Translations under genes and position numbers: made by a program | Shown here: positions 36,185 through 46,186 of the stretch, piece after piece | Layout of the letters: the number at the start of each line of letters is the position of its first letter | Numbering within the stretch: position 1 is the stretch's first letter | Notes under the pieces: generated by a model | Database searches by the model: none | Seen by the model: only the letters and a program-made list of their open reading frames with translations | What the model was told of the DNA's origin: nothing | Assembly (NCBI GenBank): GCA_029570205.1 | Contig: JAKQSI010000090.1 | Location: forward strand, 37,674-101,673 | Source of the DNA: Candidatus Omnitrophota bacterium | GTDB taxonomy: Bacteria > Hinthialibacterota > Hinthialibacteria > Hinthialibacterales > JAKPRU01 | DNA length: 64,000 bases | Direction of reading: 5' to 3'

Positions 36185-38293
36185 TTGGAAAGCAGGAGCC
36201 TGATGACAGATTGGCAAAGAATCGGCGTGTTGATTCGAGCGGTTTTGCGCTATCGAATCCGTCTCGCCATCGCATTGATTTGCAGTCTCTTTGTGTCGAT
36301 TTTCGGCGTCGGTTCCATTGTGATGCTCAAGCCGGTCCTGGATCTCTTGTTTCAGCAGGTGGAAACCGTTCCACCGATGAAATACAGCCTGAAAAATCAA
36401 TCCATCGAGATGATCGTCGGCCTCCCCGGCGTGGACTCATCGGGAATCGCCATTTCACAAGATGGCCCAACCGTCCGCATCTCCGCGCCGAAACTTCCCG
36501 CCGGCGACTGGTTCAGCGAGCGCTACCTGCCGGAAAAACTGGAACTGGAGTCGAAGATACTCGATCAGGCGGAACCGGATGAGAAACCGCTTTCCTGGAT
36601 CGGGATTGGGCAAAGTCGGGACCGATTGGGGGAAATCTTCCGTCCGGTGTATATCCGGCTTCTGCGTTATATGCAGGAGAATCGCCTGGGCGTCCTGGCA
36701 ATGGTGGCGGCCATAGCGCTGTTTCTAACTCTTCTCAAATGCGTGTTCAGTTTCGCGCAGCTGTATTTCAGCAATTGGATTGGTCAGCGGGTCATTCTGG
36801 ATATTCGCGAAAAGCTGTTTCATCACTTGCTGGCCATGGACATGGGTTTTTTTAAGGCCCGAAGAAGCGGGGAGTTGCTCTCCTATCTCACCATCGATGT
36901 CGAACTGATGGGCAGCTATGTGTTCGCAGTGTTCGGGGAGGCGCTGCTGGAGCCACTGATTATCCTCGCGACTCTGGTCACCCTGTTGTGCCTTTATCCG
37001 CTCCTGACCACGGTTTATTTATTGTTGCTGCCCCTGACTGTCTTGATCGTAGCCGTTCTGGGAGCGCGGATTCGGAAAGCGCGTGCTTCCACCCAGGGCG
37101 CGCTCGGCTCCATGAACGCCCTTCTGCAGGAGACCTTTTCGGCGATGCCGATCATCAAGGCGTTCCGGATGCAGGATGAACGGAAACGAAAATTCTCCGC
37201 CGAAAACCGCAAGATATTCCGTTCGGTGATGCGGATCATCAAAACCAGAGGGATCTCGACCTCGCTTACGGAGACCCTCGGCGCGATCGGCGTTCTGGGT
37301 GTTCTTCTGCTGGGTGGGTATTTTGTATTTCAGCGTGGGATGGAGGCCACTTCGTTTCTTGTGTACATCTTCATGCTGGCCAATCTGTACCAACCGATCA
37401 AACGTCTGAACAGATCTTACAACACTATCCAGCAGGGTATGGCCGGGATGGACCGGATTTTCGGAATCCTTGATCTGGAATCACAAATCAGCGACCGTCC
37501 GGACGCACGTGATCTCCCCGAATTCAAGCAGGAAATTGTCTTTGATCACGTATGCTTCTCTTACGACGGCAGGGTCCCGGTTCTCACCGACATCTCTTTC
37601 ACGGTTCCACGAGGAAAAGTTATCGCGCTGGTCGGCCCCAGCGGAGCCGGGAAAAGTACATTGGTGAGCCTTATCCCGCGTTTTCACGATCCGACTTCCG
37701 GCCGGATATCCATTGACGGATATGATCTGCGCAGTCTTACTCTCGACTCCCTGCGAGCCAAGATCGGACTCGTGCCGCAGGAAACGCTGCTGTTCAGCGA
37801 CACGTTGAGAGTAAACATTTCCTGTGGGAACGATACCTATCCCTGGGAGCGAATTGAGGCCGTGGCGAAGGATGCGCAGGTAGATAGATTCGCCCGTGAA
37901 TTGCCGGACGGCTATGACACCGTGATCGGGGAACGCGGCTGCACCCTCTCCGGGGGCCAGGCGCAACGTGTTGCAATTGCCCGTGCCTTGCTGAAAGATC
38001 CGCCCATCCTGATTCTGGATGAGGCAACCTCATCACTGGACTCCGAATCGGAACTTCTCATTCGGCAGGCCCTGGACCGGCTGATGGAGAACCGCACGGT
38101 ATTTGTGATCGCTCACCGCCTCTCCACCATCTTGCACGCCGATATGATCCTCGTCCTGGACAACGGACGAATTGCAGATATTGGTAAGCACTCAGAACTC
38201 CTCCAGCGATGCCCGCTCTATCAACGTCTCTATGAGCTGCAATTTGCCTCCGCCAGAGCTGTAGAGGATGGAGAGAGCGTGACCCGTATGTAG
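36185..38293 (+). CDS. ABC exporter, fused permease-ATPase (MsbA/lipid-A-export-like) with an enlarged first periplasmic loop
   Basis: Six-TM exporter domain. Walker A GPSGAGKST, signature LSGGQAQRVAIARAL, Walker B ILILDEATSSLD. About 130 aa lie between TM1 and TM2. Confidence 0.85.
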   Translation: MESRSLMTDWQRIGVLIRAVLRYRIRLAIALICSLFVSIFGVGSIVMLKPVLDLLFQQVETVPPMKYSLKNQSIEMIVGLPGVDSSGIAISQDGPTVRISAPKLPAGDWFSERYLPEKLELESKILDQAEPDEKPLSWIGIGQSRDRLGEIFRPVYIRLLRYMQENRLGVLAMVAAIALFLTLLKCVFSFAQLYFSNWIGQRVILDIREKLFHHLLAMDMGFFKARRSGELLSYLTIDVELMGSYVFAVFGEALLEPLIILATLVTLLCLYPLLTTVYLLLLPLTVLIVAVLGARIRKARASTQGALGSMNALLQETFSAMPIIKAFRMQDERKRKFSAENRKIFRSVMRIIKTRGISTSLTETLGAIGVLGVLLLGGYFVFQRGMEATSFLVYIFMLANLYQPIKRLNRSYNTIQQGMAGMDRIFGILDLESQISDRPDARDLPEFKQEIVFDHVCFSYDGRVPVLTDISFTVPRGKVIALVGPSGAGKSTLVSLIPRFHDPTSGRISIDGYDLRSLTLDSLRAKIGLVPQETLLFSDTLRVNISCGNDTYPWERIEAVAKDAQVDRFARELPDGYDTVIGERGCTLSGGQAQRVAIARALLKDPPILILDEATSSLDSESELLIRQALDRLMENRTVFVIAHRLSTILHADMILVLDNGRIADIGKHSELLQRCPLYQRLYELQFASARAVEDGESVTRM

Positions 38294-38342
38294 GGGCGAC
38301 GCATGGTCGCCCCTGCATACGGGTGGCCAAATGGATTCCGTC

Positions 38343-39209
38343 TCAATCCCGCAACGGATAAATCTGGGGCGACACATCAAGATTGTCTATCAGCCGACAA
38401 CTCCCGACATAAATCGCTCCGATCAACAAATCCTCCGGAGAAACCTCTTCCACCGCGCGAAAACAACGCCGATTAACTACACCGATATAATCCGTACGAA
38501 CATGCGGCTCCGCGGCTATTACGCGACGCATGGCCTCTGTTAGACGCTCGCCGGAATGCTCACCCTGTTTGTACAGATCGCGGCCCAGTTGAAGCGCGCG
38601 AAATAACACCAGCGCCGCCTTCCTGTCTTCCGCAGTCAGATAGGTATTCCGCGAAGACATCGCGAGGCCGTCCGGTTCGCGAACGGTTTCTCCGACAATC
38701 ACCTGAATGGGAAATTTCAGATCTCGGACCATTTGTTTGAGTACCGCGACCTGCTGAGCATCTTTCTGTCCGAAATAAGCCCGATTCGGCTGTGTGATAT
38801 GAAACATCTGGCTAATAACGGTGGTGACCCCCCGGAAATGGGTAGGGCGCGTCGCTCCGCACCAGCCCCGGCTGGGACCGCCGGTCTCGACATAAGTCAC
38901 ATAATCGGGCGGATACATCTCTTCGGGGGTCGGCAGGAAAACGGCGGAGATTCCCAATTCCCGCAGCATTTTCAAATCGCGTTCCTCATCGCGCGGATAG
39001 CGCGCCAGATCCTCGCCGGGACCGAATTGCGTGGGATTGACAAACACAGTTACCACCGTTCGCCCGCCGTCCGCTAAAGAAAGCCGGCACAGAGACAGAT
39101 GCCCTTCATGCAAATAACCCATGGTCGGAACAACGCCGATTTCCTTGCCGGCAGCGCGCGGCTCCCGCACCCACCGCATCATTTCATTAACTTGACGAAT
39201 GATATCCAT
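38343..39209 (-). CDS. panC: Pantoate--beta-alanine ligase
   Basis: VVPTMGYLHEGHLSL (HxGH), FVNPTQF and GQKDAQQ blocks. The ATG at 39209 gives 289 aa; the ORF-track start at 39296 adds 29 aa with no support. Confidence 0.9.
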   Translation of the reverse strand: MDIIRQVNEMMRWVREPRAAGKEIGVVPTMGYLHEGHLSLCRLSLADGGRTVVTVFVNPTQFGPGEDLARYPRDEERDLKMLRELGISAVFLPTPEEMYPPDYVTYVETGGPSRGWCGATRPTHFRGVTTVISQMFHITQPNRAYFGQKDAQQVAVLKQMVRDLKFPIQVIVGETVREPDGLAMSSRNTYLTAEDRKAALVLFRALQLGRDLYKQGEHSGERLTEAMRRVIAAEPHVRTDYIGVVNRRCFRAVEEVSPEDLLIGAIYVGSCRLIDNLDVSPQIYPLRD

Positions 39210-39246
39210 ACGATTTTCTCTACCTCTTTGGTTTTTGCTTCCGTCC

Positions 39247-39438
39247 GCTCCTCCCAAGAAAGCTCGGTCATCGACAGGCAGGGACGCCTGTCCCACCAGT
39301 GGGAGCGAAGTATGGCAATCTCATCGTTGGAGCATGTAAACCTGAGATCGCTATGTCGCAGCGCGTCGCAGACTCCGGGCTGCTCCTCCCAAGAAAGCTC
39401 GGTCATCGACAGGCAGGGACGCCTGTCCCACCAGTGGG
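39247..39438. repeat. Two perfect 57-bp direct repeats (39247-39303 and 39382-39438) between panC and creD, each containing a palindrome
   Basis: gctcctcccaagaaagctcggtcatcgacaggcagggacgcctgtcccaccagtggg occurs twice, 135 bp apart. Copy 2 is extended by ccaggcgtccctgcc, forming a 14-bp inverted repeat around an inner cccac-ca-gtggg hairpin. Confidence 0.8.
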
Positions 39439-39575
39439 CCAGGCGTCCCTGCCTGGCAAAGAACGGCGGGAAGCACGCTTTCTTTCCCAAATCACCGCCC
39501 CCGCCGGTGCGCCGCTCGCAAGAAACAGTGCAGGTCAGGCTCAAGCCCGTCTGCGGGCTAGCCCACCACTACCCG

Positions 39576-40916
39576 CTATTTCCCGAACGAGTACCAGTCT
39601 ATCTTTCTTGTCAGGTACATTACAGTCCCAAGAACGACAAACAGGCCGACCGAGCCGATCAGAAGCGCGTAGTCCTCGTTCATCAGAAGCACATAAAGAT
39701 ACGCATACAGGAGAGCGGTCACCGTTGCAATGACTCCGCCGCGACGAATTCCGCGGAGCACGGCAATGCAGTATGCTGAAATCAGGATCACAATCGCCGC
39801 GCTCGCGCACAGGTACGCCGCAAGAAATCCGATATGCTCCGCCAGGGAAAGTTCCAGCAGGTAAAACACACACATCCCCATGCCCACCAGGAGGTACTGG
39901 ATCGAATGAATGCGTACCCCGATCAGTACCTCAAAAAGCCACAAGGAAGCAAATGTCAGCGTCAGGAACAGAGTCTCATACTTGACGCTTCTCGCGGCCA
40001 TCCGGTAATGATCCACCGTCGAGATAAAATTGACACCGAACACCGAGGATGCAATGGCGCTCCGGATGTCCGAATGGCCCTTCCATCTCTGCGGATAATT
40101 CCTGCCGAGAAACGGGATGTTCCAGGTGGCTTGAAATCCGTTGCTGTCGAACGTTCGTTCGGAGGGAAGCCAATTGCCCTGGAAACTGGGGGCATCCCAG
40201 TCGGATCGAATCTCCACGCGGGTATCCCGACCGACCGGAGCAAAGAACGCTCCCATACTGCCGTTCAGCAGGAGCTGGTAAGAAAACGGATACTCTTGAG
40301 CCGACATCTGCCCTTTCAGGACCGCGTGGATTCCGGTGTTTTCTACGTTCGCCTCTCCCGCTCCCGGAGAAAACCCGATCTGTTCCCCGTTCCAACTGAG
40401 CATAACCTGGTTGGTAATCGCGTGGACATCCGATATTTCCTGGGTCAGGCAGGCTCGGTCCCAGAGAATGGTGTCGGGATCGATTGCCCAGTCGCTAAAA
40501 TCAGGCGGCGCAAATCGTCCTGTGATGTCCAGAGTCATTTCATAGATGGGCACTTCGAAGATACCCCGATGCCGGACCTGGCAATTGATTGTTCCGACGG
40601 TATGAACCTCTTCCGGGAGAAAGTGTGCATAATGCGTCTCGGTTCGGATGGCAACGACGCCCTTGTCGTCTTTCTCAGGTATCTCGACGATGTAGGGAAC
40701 GGTAATCATGGGGCCGATCAGGGTCTGTTGTCTGCCCCACTTGGAGGTCACATCCTCGATGGCTTGATCCCGCCGCATCTGACGCTCGCGGATCACACCC
40801 TCAATCATGGAAATCGGGATTTGAAGGATCAGGACCAGGAAAGCAATCAGAATCAGTCGAAGCAGCGGAGAATTCCGGATAAACGACTGCACACCACCGG
40901 TTTCACCATTAGTCAT
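39576..40916 (-). CDS. creD: Inner-membrane protein CreD
   Basis: 446 aa. N-terminal TM, large periplasmic domain and a C-terminal cluster of TM helices, with CreD-typical strings (RLILIAFLVLILQIPI, YETLFLTLTF, EHIGF, YALLIGSVGLF). Confidence 0.85.
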   Translation of the reverse strand: MTNGETGGVQSFIRNSPLLRLILIAFLVLILQIPISMIEGVIRERQMRRDQAIEDVTSKWGRQQTLIGPMITVPYIVEIPEKDDKGVVAIRTETHYAHFLPEEVHTVGTINCQVRHRGIFEVPIYEMTLDITGRFAPPDFSDWAIDPDTILWDRACLTQEISDVHAITNQVMLSWNGEQIGFSPGAGEANVENTGIHAVLKGQMSAQEYPFSYQLLLNGSMGAFFAPVGRDTRVEIRSDWDAPSFQGNWLPSERTFDSNGFQATWNIPFLGRNYPQRWKGHSDIRSAIASSVFGVNFISTVDHYRMAARSVKYETLFLTLTFASLWLFEVLIGVRIHSIQYLLVGMGMCVFYLLELSLAEHIGFLAAYLCASAAIVILISAYCIAVLRGIRRGGVIATVTALLYAYLYVLLMNEDYALLIGSVGLFVVLGTVMYLTRKIDWYSFGK

Positions 40917-41037
40917 TTGAGTGCAACTCCTTGTTGTTTACGGGAAGAAAAGTGAATGATCGCCACCCGGGTATTCAGTCAAACGACGCTCCGGTCTATC
41001 CGGTAACGTCACCCGGCAGCGGTTGTACCGCCTCCAG

Positions 41038-42927
41038 CTACTTCCCCAGTTCCTTCAGCCGCGACTTCGGTAACAATACTCGAATCCATTCGGCATCGGA
41101 GGAGGCAGATTCCCGGAATTCGCCCAACTTACGGGCAAGTTCCTTTACCGCCTTTTCATCGATCTTCAGAGGGTACTGTTCCGCTACAGTCTGGTGCAGT
41201 TGCGCACGGATTTCCCGGCGGCGAGATTCCGCTATCTTTTGCCCGACCAGCGGAAGCGCTTCCTCAAAACTCCGCGCGCGGGATGGCTCGATGTCCGCGC
41301 AATAGTACAGGTCATATCCCAAATGCTCCGAGTAATCTTTCGACAACTGTGGCGGGACTACCAGACCCGGTTCCAGCTGCCCGGTTAGAGGAAACAGGCT
41401 CGCATACTCCGGCCCGAGCTGCCCCATCGTAACCTTGCCCACATATCCCCCCTGCGCGGCCGTGACCGGATCCGAGGAGTATTGCCGGGCCGCATCCTGA
41501 AACGGAAGGCCATCGTCGGCAATCTGCTGATACGCCTCTTCCGCGCCCAAACGCGCCTGCTCGAACGCCAGTGTCTGCTGAAACCGACTCATTTCCCGGG
41601 TAATCTTCGCCTCAAAAAAGATGCGGTATAACTCATACTTCGGCTCGGTGACAAATTCATCCGTATGGGATTCGTAATAGGCCCGCATGTCCTCATCGGT
41701 CAGTTCCTCTCGATCGATAAGAGACCGCACATATCGGTCCTCCAGCTCGAATTCGTCCCAGTATCGCACTCGCGGGGCAACATCCTCTTCCGTGTATCCT
41801 CTACGCCGGGCCTCCACGCGCAGGAACAGTGATGCGGCCATACGATCGAACCGATCCCGGCGCTCTTGCGTGGTCATTCCGGCCAGATCGCCGACCCTGT
41901 TTCGAAATTCACCAAAGGTCACCGGCGGAAGTCCCCGCACCTCCAGAATGACCGATGCATCCCTCACATCCGGGTCGGCCAGGAGATCCGGCTCGTAAAT
42001 CAGCCTGTCTCTTGCCACCAGCTGTTCGACAAGGATTTGTTCTTCCCGATGCCGACGTTCGGCATAAATCTTCCCGCGTATCTTCGCCTTTGTAATCGGC
42101 GTCAATTCCTCTTTCACCTCCGGCGTTCGGTCCATAAGCTGAAAGAACACGGCGCCTTTGGGCCGATCCAGGATATCCGTGTATTCTCCCGTGGCGCAGG
42201 AAAGAATCGCCGCCTCGATTTCCGGGGGCGTTCCCGGATCGCCTCGGGAGCGTGGCCCTTGCGCCTTGCCGCGAAGATGGGGTGGAGAGTCCGAATACTG
42301 CTGAGCGACTTCCTCGAAATCCTGCCCGGCTTCGAGTTTCTTCCTGGCCTCTTTCAGCCGTTCGATCGCTTTCTCACGGCCCCCGTTATTCTCATCAAAA
42401 GCCACAATTCCCCGAAAGGTGTATGTCTCTTTTTGGGTAAACTCCGATGGATTCTCCCGGTAGTATCGCTCCACATCCTCATCCGTCACAGAAATCTTCA
42501 GCTTGGTATCGATGTCAAGAACCAGCTGACCGAGTTTTTGGGCGACAATATCCTCCCGCCACTTCCGATAGTCCTCCGTCTCGTGGAGTTTTTCCGATCG
42601 AGCCATTTCGGCAACAACCCGTCGGTAGGCCATCTCCGGCAATGTGTCCCGAATCTCTTTTTCGATGGTCCCCTGAACTTTCTGAAGGAGCAGATAATCG
42701 AACTGGTTTCGTTCCACGAGGATTGCCAGCAGGTCACGCACTGTGAGGACCTCATCGCCATATCTCGCCAGTACAAGGTCCCCGTCGAAAGCGAGGCGGG
42801 TCCCGCTCCCGCAGTTCATCGCCATCAGTATGGCCGGAACAACAAACCAGAAATACCCGATTTGATAAATGCGCATTTTGTGCAGAATAGACATCATAGG
42901 AAAAATTCGCCTTATCTTAATCTCCAA
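41038..42927 (-). CDS. Periplasmic peptidyl-prolyl cis-trans isomerase, SurA/PpiD-like (parvulin domain)
   Basis: 629 aa. N-terminal signal/anchor. SurA-N-like helical chaperone region. Parvulin block ARQYSSDPVTAAQGGYVGKVTMGQL. Confidence 0.75.
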   Translation of the reverse strand: MEIKIRRIFPMMSILHKMRIYQIGYFWFVVPAILMAMNCGSGTRLAFDGDLVLARYGDEVLTVRDLLAILVERNQFDYLLLQKVQGTIEKEIRDTLPEMAYRRVVAEMARSEKLHETEDYRKWREDIVAQKLGQLVLDIDTKLKISVTDEDVERYYRENPSEFTQKETYTFRGIVAFDENNGGREKAIERLKEARKKLEAGQDFEEVAQQYSDSPPHLRGKAQGPRSRGDPGTPPEIEAAILSCATGEYTDILDRPKGAVFFQLMDRTPEVKEELTPITKAKIRGKIYAERRHREEQILVEQLVARDRLIYEPDLLADPDVRDASVILEVRGLPPVTFGEFRNRVGDLAGMTTQERRDRFDRMAASLFLRVEARRRGYTEEDVAPRVRYWDEFELEDRYVRSLIDREELTDEDMRAYYESHTDEFVTEPKYELYRIFFEAKITREMSRFQQTLAFEQARLGAEEAYQQIADDGLPFQDAARQYSSDPVTAAQGGYVGKVTMGQLGPEYASLFPLTGQLEPGLVVPPQLSKDYSEHLGYDLYYCADIEPSRARSFEEALPLVGQKIAESRRREIRAQLHQTVAEQYPLKIDEKAVKELARKLGEFRESASSDAEWIRVLLPKSRLKELGK

Positions 42928-42930
42928 TTC

Positions 42931-42963
42931 ATGCCCGGATTCCGGATTTCGCCGGAATGACGG
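42931..42963 (-). repeat. Copy of dispersed GC-rich hairpin repeat family B (reverse orientation)
   Basis: atgcccggattccggatttcgccggaatgacgg is the reverse complement of the consensus ycattccggcgRaaRccggaatccaggYcat. Confidence 0.6.
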
Positions 42964-43126
42964 TTATTCCCACGGGCAACCACGGGGGATTGCCCCTGCG
43001 AACGATGTTGCCTGTGAGCAGGCATTGCTTTCAAGAGACCCTTCCCCAGCTTGACGGACTGCGGGGACATGGTTAACGTTCCGGCAAAGCGGTTGTTTTT
43101 CGAGTTGTGATCGGAAAGGAATCCTG

Positions 43127-44041
43127 ATGGCCCATGACATTCTGATTCTCGGTGCGGGACCGGCCGGATTGGCCGCCGGGATTTATGCCGGACGCGGGAA
43201 TATGGACACAGTAATCTTCGAGCGAACGGCGGTCGGCGGGCAGATTTCCCTTACGAATGATGTCGAGAATTACCCCGGATTCCCCAATGGGGTGGGTGGA
43301 CAGGAGCTGGCTGACCTGTTTCTCAAACAGGCCGAACAATTCGGGGCCGGGCTGGTCAACCAGGCCGTGAATGAAATCTCGAAATCCGACCATATCTTTC
43401 ACGTATCGGGATCGAGAGGGCAATGGAAAGGGAAATCCCTTATTTTCGCCTGCGGGGCGGATCCCAGACGGCTGGAGATTCCAGGTGAAAAAGAATTCAC
43501 CGGACGGGGTGTTTCGTATTGCGCCACCTGCGACGGCTTTTTCTTCCGAGGCAAACATGTAATGGTAGTCGGCGGCGGCGATGCGGCCCTGGAAGAAGGT
43601 CTCTTCCTGACCCGGTTCGCCGAGACTGTTACCATCGTCCACCGCCGGGAGCAGCTGCGCGCCTCGAAGATCCTTCAGAACCGCGCTTTCAAAAATGAAA
43701 AGATTTCTTTTCGTTGGGATACTGTTCTCATAGAAATCTGCGGCGAGACTACTGTAACATACGTCAAGGCCAAAAACGTTAAGACAGACCAGGTTGAAGA
43801 GATTCCCATTGACGGTGTGTTTGTCTTTGTCGGGCATATCCCCAATACCGGCCTGGTGAAAAACCTGGTGGAGATGGATGAACAGGGGCTGATCCGGGTG
43901 AATGAATCCATGCAGTCTTCCCTGCCGGGCCTGTTTGCCTGCGGCGACTGCCGTTCCGGAACGGTGCGCCAGATGGTTCAGGCCGCCGGGGATGGAGCGA
44001 CTGCCGCCATTGGCGCGATAAAATATGTAGATAGTCTGTAG
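43127..44041 (+). CDS. trxB: Thioredoxin-disulfide reductase
   Basis: 304 aa. FAD site GAGPAGLAAGIYAGR, redox-active CATC, NADPH site GGGDAALEEG. Confidence 0.9.
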   Translation: MAHDILILGAGPAGLAAGIYAGRGNMDTVIFERTAVGGQISLTNDVENYPGFPNGVGGQELADLFLKQAEQFGAGLVNQAVNEISKSDHIFHVSGSRGQWKGKSLIFACGADPRRLEIPGEKEFTGRGVSYCATCDGFFFRGKHVMVVGGGDAALEEGLFLTRFAETVTIVHRREQLRASKILQNRAFKNEKISFRWDTVLIEICGETTVTYVKAKNVKTDQVEEIPIDGVFVFVGHIPNTGLVKNLVEMDEQGLIRVNESMQSSLPGLFACGDCRSGTVRQMVQAAGDGATAAIGAIKYVDSL

Positions 44042-44076
44042 CAGGCGACCGATCGCGAAATCCCGATCGACTGGAG

Positions 44077-44907
44077 ATGGCAATGAGACGTGTTCCGTTT
44101 CGTGGACGAAATCCTCTTCAGGTTGTCGAGAAGGAAGTCGAGACCCTGGGAGTCGCGGCGGAGGAGTTTTTTCGAAACGCGGGCGCGATGACCGCTCTGT
44201 TCTTTCAAGCGATTGCCATGGCTTTTTCTCCGCCTTTTCGATGGCGGATTATCGTAGAGCAGATGGTTCGGATCGGAGTGGAATCTCTCCCGATTGCCCT
44301 CCTCACCTCCGCATTCACCGGCGCGGTGTTTGTCATGCAGACCGGTGTGGAGTTGGCAAAATGGGGGGCCAAGGTCTATTCCAGCGGAATCAGCGCAATC
44401 GGTTTCGCGCGGGAGCTCGGTCCCGTTCTTACCTCGGTGGTCCTTGCCGGGCGGGTTGGAGCCGGGATTACCGCTGAAATCGGAACCATGAAAGTCACGG
44501 AACAAATCGATGCCCTGAAAACGCTTGCCACCAACCCTGTCTCCTACCTGGTAACGCCCCGGTTGATAGCGGCCGTCCTGATGCTTCCGGCGATCACCGT
44601 TCTTGCCGTCTTTATCGGGCTGACCGGCGGGCTGGTCGTCGGCATTTTCATCCTGAATATCCCCGTGACCCAATACATCTCCACCGTGTTTACCTGGCTG
44701 GAATACCCGCATTACATCACGGGGATCCTGAAAACCGTGGTATTCGGCGCAATTATCGCCGTCGTGGGATGCCATTACGGATTTGAGGCCGGGTGGGGTG
44801 CGGAAGGAGTCGGAGAAGCCACCACCCAGTCCGTGGTGACCTCTTCCATTCTGATTCTCATCGCAGACTTCTTTCTCAGCGCCTGGATACTCTATTTCAT
44901 CCCTTGA
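44077..44907 (+). CDS. mlaE: MlaE-family ABC transporter permease
   Basis: 276 aa. MlaE/Ttg2B blocks (RIGVESLPIALLTSAFTGAVFVMQTG, GRVGAGITAEIGTMKVTEQIDAL). Confidence 0.85.
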   Translation: MAMRRVPFRGRNPLQVVEKEVETLGVAAEEFFRNAGAMTALFFQAIAMAFSPPFRWRIIVEQMVRIGVESLPIALLTSAFTGAVFVMQTGVELAKWGAKVYSSGISAIGFARELGPVLTSVVLAGRVGAGITAEIGTMKVTEQIDALKTLATNPVSYLVTPRLIAAVLMLPAITVLAVFIGLTGGLVVGIFILNIPVTQYISTVFTWLEYPHYITGILKTVVFGAIIAVVGCHYGFEAGWGAEGVGEATTQSVVTSSILILIADFFLSAWILYFIP

Positions 44908-46109
44908 TTTTCATTCTTCACGGGCGGTTGGACCGGACCTTCTTCAATAATCCGGGCATACGCCTGTTCCAGTTTTTCGCCGATGATATCCAGGTGGTGG
45001 TTCTGCTCTACATATTGTCGTGCCTGCATTCCCAGTTTGGCGCGGAATTCCGGATTGTTGACCAATTGAACGATGGCCTCCGCAAATTGCGCCGGATTTT
45101 CCGCGATAATGACCTCTTCATTGTGACGGACACCCAGGCCCTCGCATCCCAGCACAGTGGTCACAACGGCCATTCCCGCCGCCATGGCCTCCAGGAGTTT
45201 ATTTCGCACGCCGGCTCCTACACGCAGCGGGCAGACATAAACATCCTCCTGATACAGATGGTCGGCCATCCGCTTCACGTTCGCTTTCACAATCAGACCC
45301 ATCTTATCGTTCAGGTTGCTGATTTCCGGGGTCGGGCGTGCGCCGATGATCTCCGTCTTAATCCCACCGAGGCGCATCCGGACACGGGGCCAGATTTCCT
45401 CTTTGTAATAGCGGATGGCATCAATGTTGGGAAAATAGAACAGGCTGCCGGTGATTATACAACGGGGCAGCGCCACATTGCCGCGAGTCCGAGGCAGAAA
45501 CTCTTCCGTGTTGACTCCATTCTGAATAATCTCGATCGGCGCGGAGGGATGATCCTGCTGAAATCGCGCCAAGTCCACAACGGAACACAGCAGACCCAGA
45601 TTCACATGTTCCAGAATCTTTGTTTCGTAACGGGGGATCGTAGCCAGGTCGTAGCCGTCTATGATCCGGTCCAGGAAACGGATCCGGTAAGGCGTACTGC
45701 GCTCCAGGTACAAGGCCATGGAGTCGGTGAAGTCGATCAGCTTGGGTACACCCGGCAGATCGATCGCGTACTGCCCCATGCGCATTCGGTCGAAATGGAT
45801 CACGTCCACCGTATGATTCCGGACAAAATCTCGCAGCGCGATTCGCAATTGTGAGGACCGACACCACCCCACCCGCAGCGGTTCACCCCGGAATATGGAG
45901 AAAAAGGCCGAGATTGAACCGCCGGGCCGGAACGCTTTCGCATTTGCGCCCAATTTGGCGATCCGGACCGTGTCATCCATGGTCTGAACCGGCAACTGAA
46001 GCGCCAGGACATCCACCTGATGACGCTTCGCCAGGTAGCGCAAGAAATTAAAGGGACGTCGCCCATCCGTCTCCGTCGGTATGACGGGTGTCACAAAAAG
46101 GATTCTCAT
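44892..46109 (-). CDS. Glycosyltransferase family 4
   Basis: 405 aa. GT4 C-terminal block (VYVCPLRVGAGVRNKLLEAMAAGMAVVTT). Overlaps the mlaE 3' end by 16 bp on the opposite strand. Confidence 0.8.
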   Translation of the reverse strand: MRILFVTPVIPTETDGRRPFNFLRYLAKRHQVDVLALQLPVQTMDDTVRIAKLGANAKAFRPGGSISAFFSIFRGEPLRVGWCRSSQLRIALRDFVRNHTVDVIHFDRMRMGQYAIDLPGVPKLIDFTDSMALYLERSTPYRIRFLDRIIDGYDLATIPRYETKILEHVNLGLLCSVVDLARFQQDHPSAPIEIIQNGVNTEEFLPRTRGNVALPRCIITGSLFYFPNIDAIRYYKEEIWPRVRMRLGGIKTEIIGARPTPEISNLNDKMGLIVKANVKRMADHLYQEDVYVCPLRVGAGVRNKLLEAMAAGMAVVTTVLGCEGLGVRHNEEVIIAENPAQFAEAIVQLVNNPEFRAKLGMQARQYVEQNHHLDIIGEKLEQAYARIIEEGPVQPPVKNENQGMK

Positions 46110-46186
46110 CTTGCCGTGGATTTCGCGTGAGATTCGTCTATCCTTAATTATTTAAGCGCAAGTCAAATCGAAATGGGAGAGAGACT

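Noticed and set aside
39247-39438. Possible CRISPR array
   Set aside because: There are only two repeat units. The repeat is 57 bp with a 78-bp spacer, no cas genes are nearby, and the repeats are themselves extended palindromes more typical of REP or terminator structures.
39834-40955. 373-aa plus-strand ORF, and 41866..42960 (364 aa, +)
   Set aside because: They are antisense to creD and to the SurA-like PPIase respectively. The minus-strand frames carry the recognisable family signatures.
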